Made by a program: the position numbers and the translations under genes | DNA from: an uncultured Actinomycetes bacterium | Lineage (GTDB): Bacteria > Actinomycetota > Thermoleophilia > UBA2241 | Length of the DNA: 64,000 nucleotides | Direction of reading: 5' to 3' | NCBI GenBank assembly: GCA_963751565.1 | Contig: CAVVVA010000003.1 | Coordinates: forward strand, 7,836 to 71,835 | Shown here: one piece after another, positions 61,945 to 64,000 of the stretch | Layout: every line of letters starts with the position of its first letter | Numbering within the stretch: position 1 is the stretch's first letter | Notes under the pieces: model-generated | Seen by the model: only the letters and a program-made list of their open reading frames with translations | Told to the model about the DNA's origin: nothing | The model's database searches: none

Positions 61945-64000
61945 TCAGCTCCAGCGCTTGATGGCCGCGTCCGACAGGCGGTCGGCGGCCTCGTTCAAGC
62001 GCAGGCCGACGACGTCGAGCCGGCGCAGCAGCTCGCGAGACTTCATGACCTCCATGGTGAGCTTGCCGCGAAAGAGCCGGCCGAGCTCGACGTCGTACTG
62101 GCGTCGTATCTCGTTGGCGAACTTCTTCGACGCCAGAACGGTCCTCAGGTCCGTGGGGTCTTTCGCGATGGCCTGCACGGCCAGCTGCAGGTCGTCGACA
62201 CCGCTCGCGGTGGCGTCGAGAAGGCCGATGTAGGCAGTGGTGGCCTCGATGTCGTACAGGTCCCACTCGCGCACGAAGTCGCGCAGATTGTCGAGCACGT
62301 CGTCGATCGAGCGCGACAGGCGAAAGAGGTCCTCGCGGTCGATGGGCGCGACGAGCACCCCCGAGAGCCGGGTCACGAGCTCGGCTCTCATCGTGTCGCC
62401 GCGATGCTCGATTTGTGCGATCCGCTGGTGAGCTTCGCCTGAGGCGATCTTGCCCTTTGCCACTGAGCGCGCCAGCCGGCAGGCGGCGGCGACCTCGGCA
62501 AGCTGGGCCTCGAGGGTGACGACGACGGCCAGGCGGCTGTGCAGACAGTCCTGGACGGCGCTGTCCACGGTCAGGAAGAGATGGTCTTCGCCGAGCAGTT
62601 CGAGGAGCCCGCTGCGCCGGAACACGTCGAGCACCGAGGAGCCCACGCGGGCAAAGACGACGTCGCGGCCGCTGTCGCGCAGGTTGTGGACCAGCCGCAG
62701 GAGCGTCTCGGCCGCGGTCACATCGAGGTCGGTGGTCGACTCCATGTTCCAGACCACGACGCGCGGCGTGGGCTGTGTGACGCTCAGAAGCTGGTTCAAG
62801 CGGTCGACGGCGAATCCGGCGTTGGCGAAGAAGAGCTGTCCGTCCAGGCGAAAGATGAGCAGGCCGGGGAAGGTCTCGTTCTGCGGGTGGCGGCCCATGT
62901 CGCTGTACGTGTGCTCGTTGGGCACGCGGCCCAGCACCGCGGTGTGCGGCCGGCTCGAGCGATAGATCAGGATGGCGAGCGAGAGACCCACCGCGATGCC
63001 CAGACCGGGCAGCACGCCGAGCACCAGTACTCCGAGCAGAGCGGCCAGCGCCGGCACGGCGTCGCCGGCGCGGACGCTCGCAAAGCGCCGCAGCACCTTC
63101 ACGTCGATCAGCCCCCACACGGCGCGCACCACGACGGCTCCCAGGATCGCTTCGGGGAGATCGTGGCCGACGCGCGTGACCGAGAGCACCACCAGAAGCA
63201 TGACCGCGGCGCCGATCAGGCCGGTGACCTGCGACCGGGCGCCGCTCGTGTCGCTCAGCGCCGAGCCCGACAGGCCTCCGCTGACCACGATGCCGCCGAA
63301 CGCCCCGGAGCCGATGTTGGAGAGGCCGAGGGCGATCAGCTCCTGGTTGGCGTCGATCTCGTAGCTGTGCCGGACGGCGAAGGTCCGGGCGCCGCTCAAG
63401 GCCTCGGCGTAGACCACGATGGCGATGCCGGCGGCGCTCGGCAGCAGGCCGAGCACGTCGGCGGCGTGGATGTCGGGCAGGCGAGGCACCGGAAGGCCGC
63501 TCGGGATCGTGCCGACCATGGTGACCCCGTGTGCGCCAAGGTGGAAGGCGGCGGCGACGACGATGCCGAGCACGAGCACCGTCAGCGCCGCCGGGATCCT
63601 CGACCAACGCCGCACGGCAAACAGAGAGACGAGCGCGACGGCGCTCACGAGGGCGGTAGCGAGGCTCGTCTCGTCGAGGTGGGTGAGGTCCGTCCAGACG
63701 AGCTGGAAGAAGTTGGCCGATGTCGGCACGCGCAGGCCGAGGAGCTTGGGCACCTGGCGGGCGATGATCGTGAGGGCCAGGCCGATGACGTAGCCGGTGA
63801 TCACCGGACGGGCGAGGAACTCCGAGATGAAGCCGAGCCGGGCGATGCCGGCGATCAGCATGAACAGACCGACGAGGACGGCGACCATGGCCACCAGCGC
63901 GAGATCCTTCGTCGGGCTGGTCGCGCCGTGGGCGGCCACGACCGCCGCCGCCATGATGGCGGCGGTCGAGGTGGGCGAGCAGATGAGCTGACGCGACGTG
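61945..64000 (-). CDS. SulP family anion transporter with STAS domain and C-terminal DUF47/PhoU-like domain (5' end outside the window)
   Basis: RLGFI..FL..PVI.G, DANQELIALG..N, GARSQ, LFFANA STAS; then EHRGD..R, PIDREDLF.LS..IDDV.D. Confidence 0.9.
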   Translation of the reverse strand, partial: TSRQLICSPTSTAAIMAAAVVAAHGATSPTKDLALVAMVAVLVGLFMLIAGIARLGFISEFLARPVITGYVIGLALTIIARQVPKLLGLRVPTSANFFQLVWTDLTHLDETSLATALVSAVALVSLFAVRRWSRIPAALTVLVLGIVVAAAFHLGAHGVTMVGTIPSGLPVPRLPDIHAADVLGLLPSAAGIAIVVYAEALSGARTFAVRHSYEIDANQELIALGLSNIGSGAFGGIVVSGGLSGSALSDTSGARSQVTGLIGAAVMLLVVLSVTRVGHDLPEAILGAVVVRAVWGLIDVKVLRRFASVRAGDAVPALAALLGVLVLGVLPGLGIAVGLSLAILIYRSSRPHTAVLGRVPNEHTYSDMGRHPQNETFPGLLIFRLDGQLFFANAGFAVDRLNQLLSVTQPTPRVVVWNMESTTDLDVTAAETLLRLVHNLRDSGRDVVFARVGSSVLDVFRRSGLLELLGEDHLFLTVDSAVQDCLHSRLAVVVTLEAQLAEVAAACRLARSVAKGKIASGEAHQRIAQIEHRGDTMRAELVTRLSGVLVAPIDREDLFRLSRSIDDVLDNLRDFVREWDLYDIEATTAYIGLLDATASGVDDLQLAVQAIAKDPTDLRTVLASKKFANEIRRQYDVELGRLFRGKLTMEVMKSRELLRRLDVVGLRLNEAADRLSDAAIKRWS

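Overview
Very GC-rich bacterial chromosomal window, most likely from an anaerobic actinobacterium of the Thermoleophilia type (inferred from ClpC, CarD and gene order; not verified). It holds about 57 CDS, one tRNA-Gly(CCC) and one tRNA-Pyl(CUA). The left half is mostly housekeeping: folB-folK-nadB-nadC-coaX-dusB, greA-lysS-clpC-radA-carD-PIN/TRAM-ispD-ispF, ddl, rlmH-argS, peptidases and trehalose genes. The right half is anaerobic C1/amine metabolism: fhs-fchA-folD followed by a NuoE plus NuoF-GltD fusion oxidoreductase; an Lrp/APC permease/metallophosphoesterase/nucleotidyltransferase-like unit; patA; gatCAB; a nifV-leuC-cyclophilin-leuD-dehydrogenase operon; and AOR with a ferredoxin partner. 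The main result is a pyrrolysine (22nd amino acid) locus at 57.4-61.9 kb: nitroreductase-pylB-pylC/pylD (one reading frame as assembled)-GYD protein-pylT. The amber tRNA has its own promoter, no pylS is present in the cluster, and about one third of the genes in the window still end in TAG. Several conserved genes carry single-base frameshifts, probably assembly errors, so fusion and pseudogene calls need read-level checks. No CRISPR array, rRNA or transposase was seen. All calls are from motif recognition by eye, not database searches.
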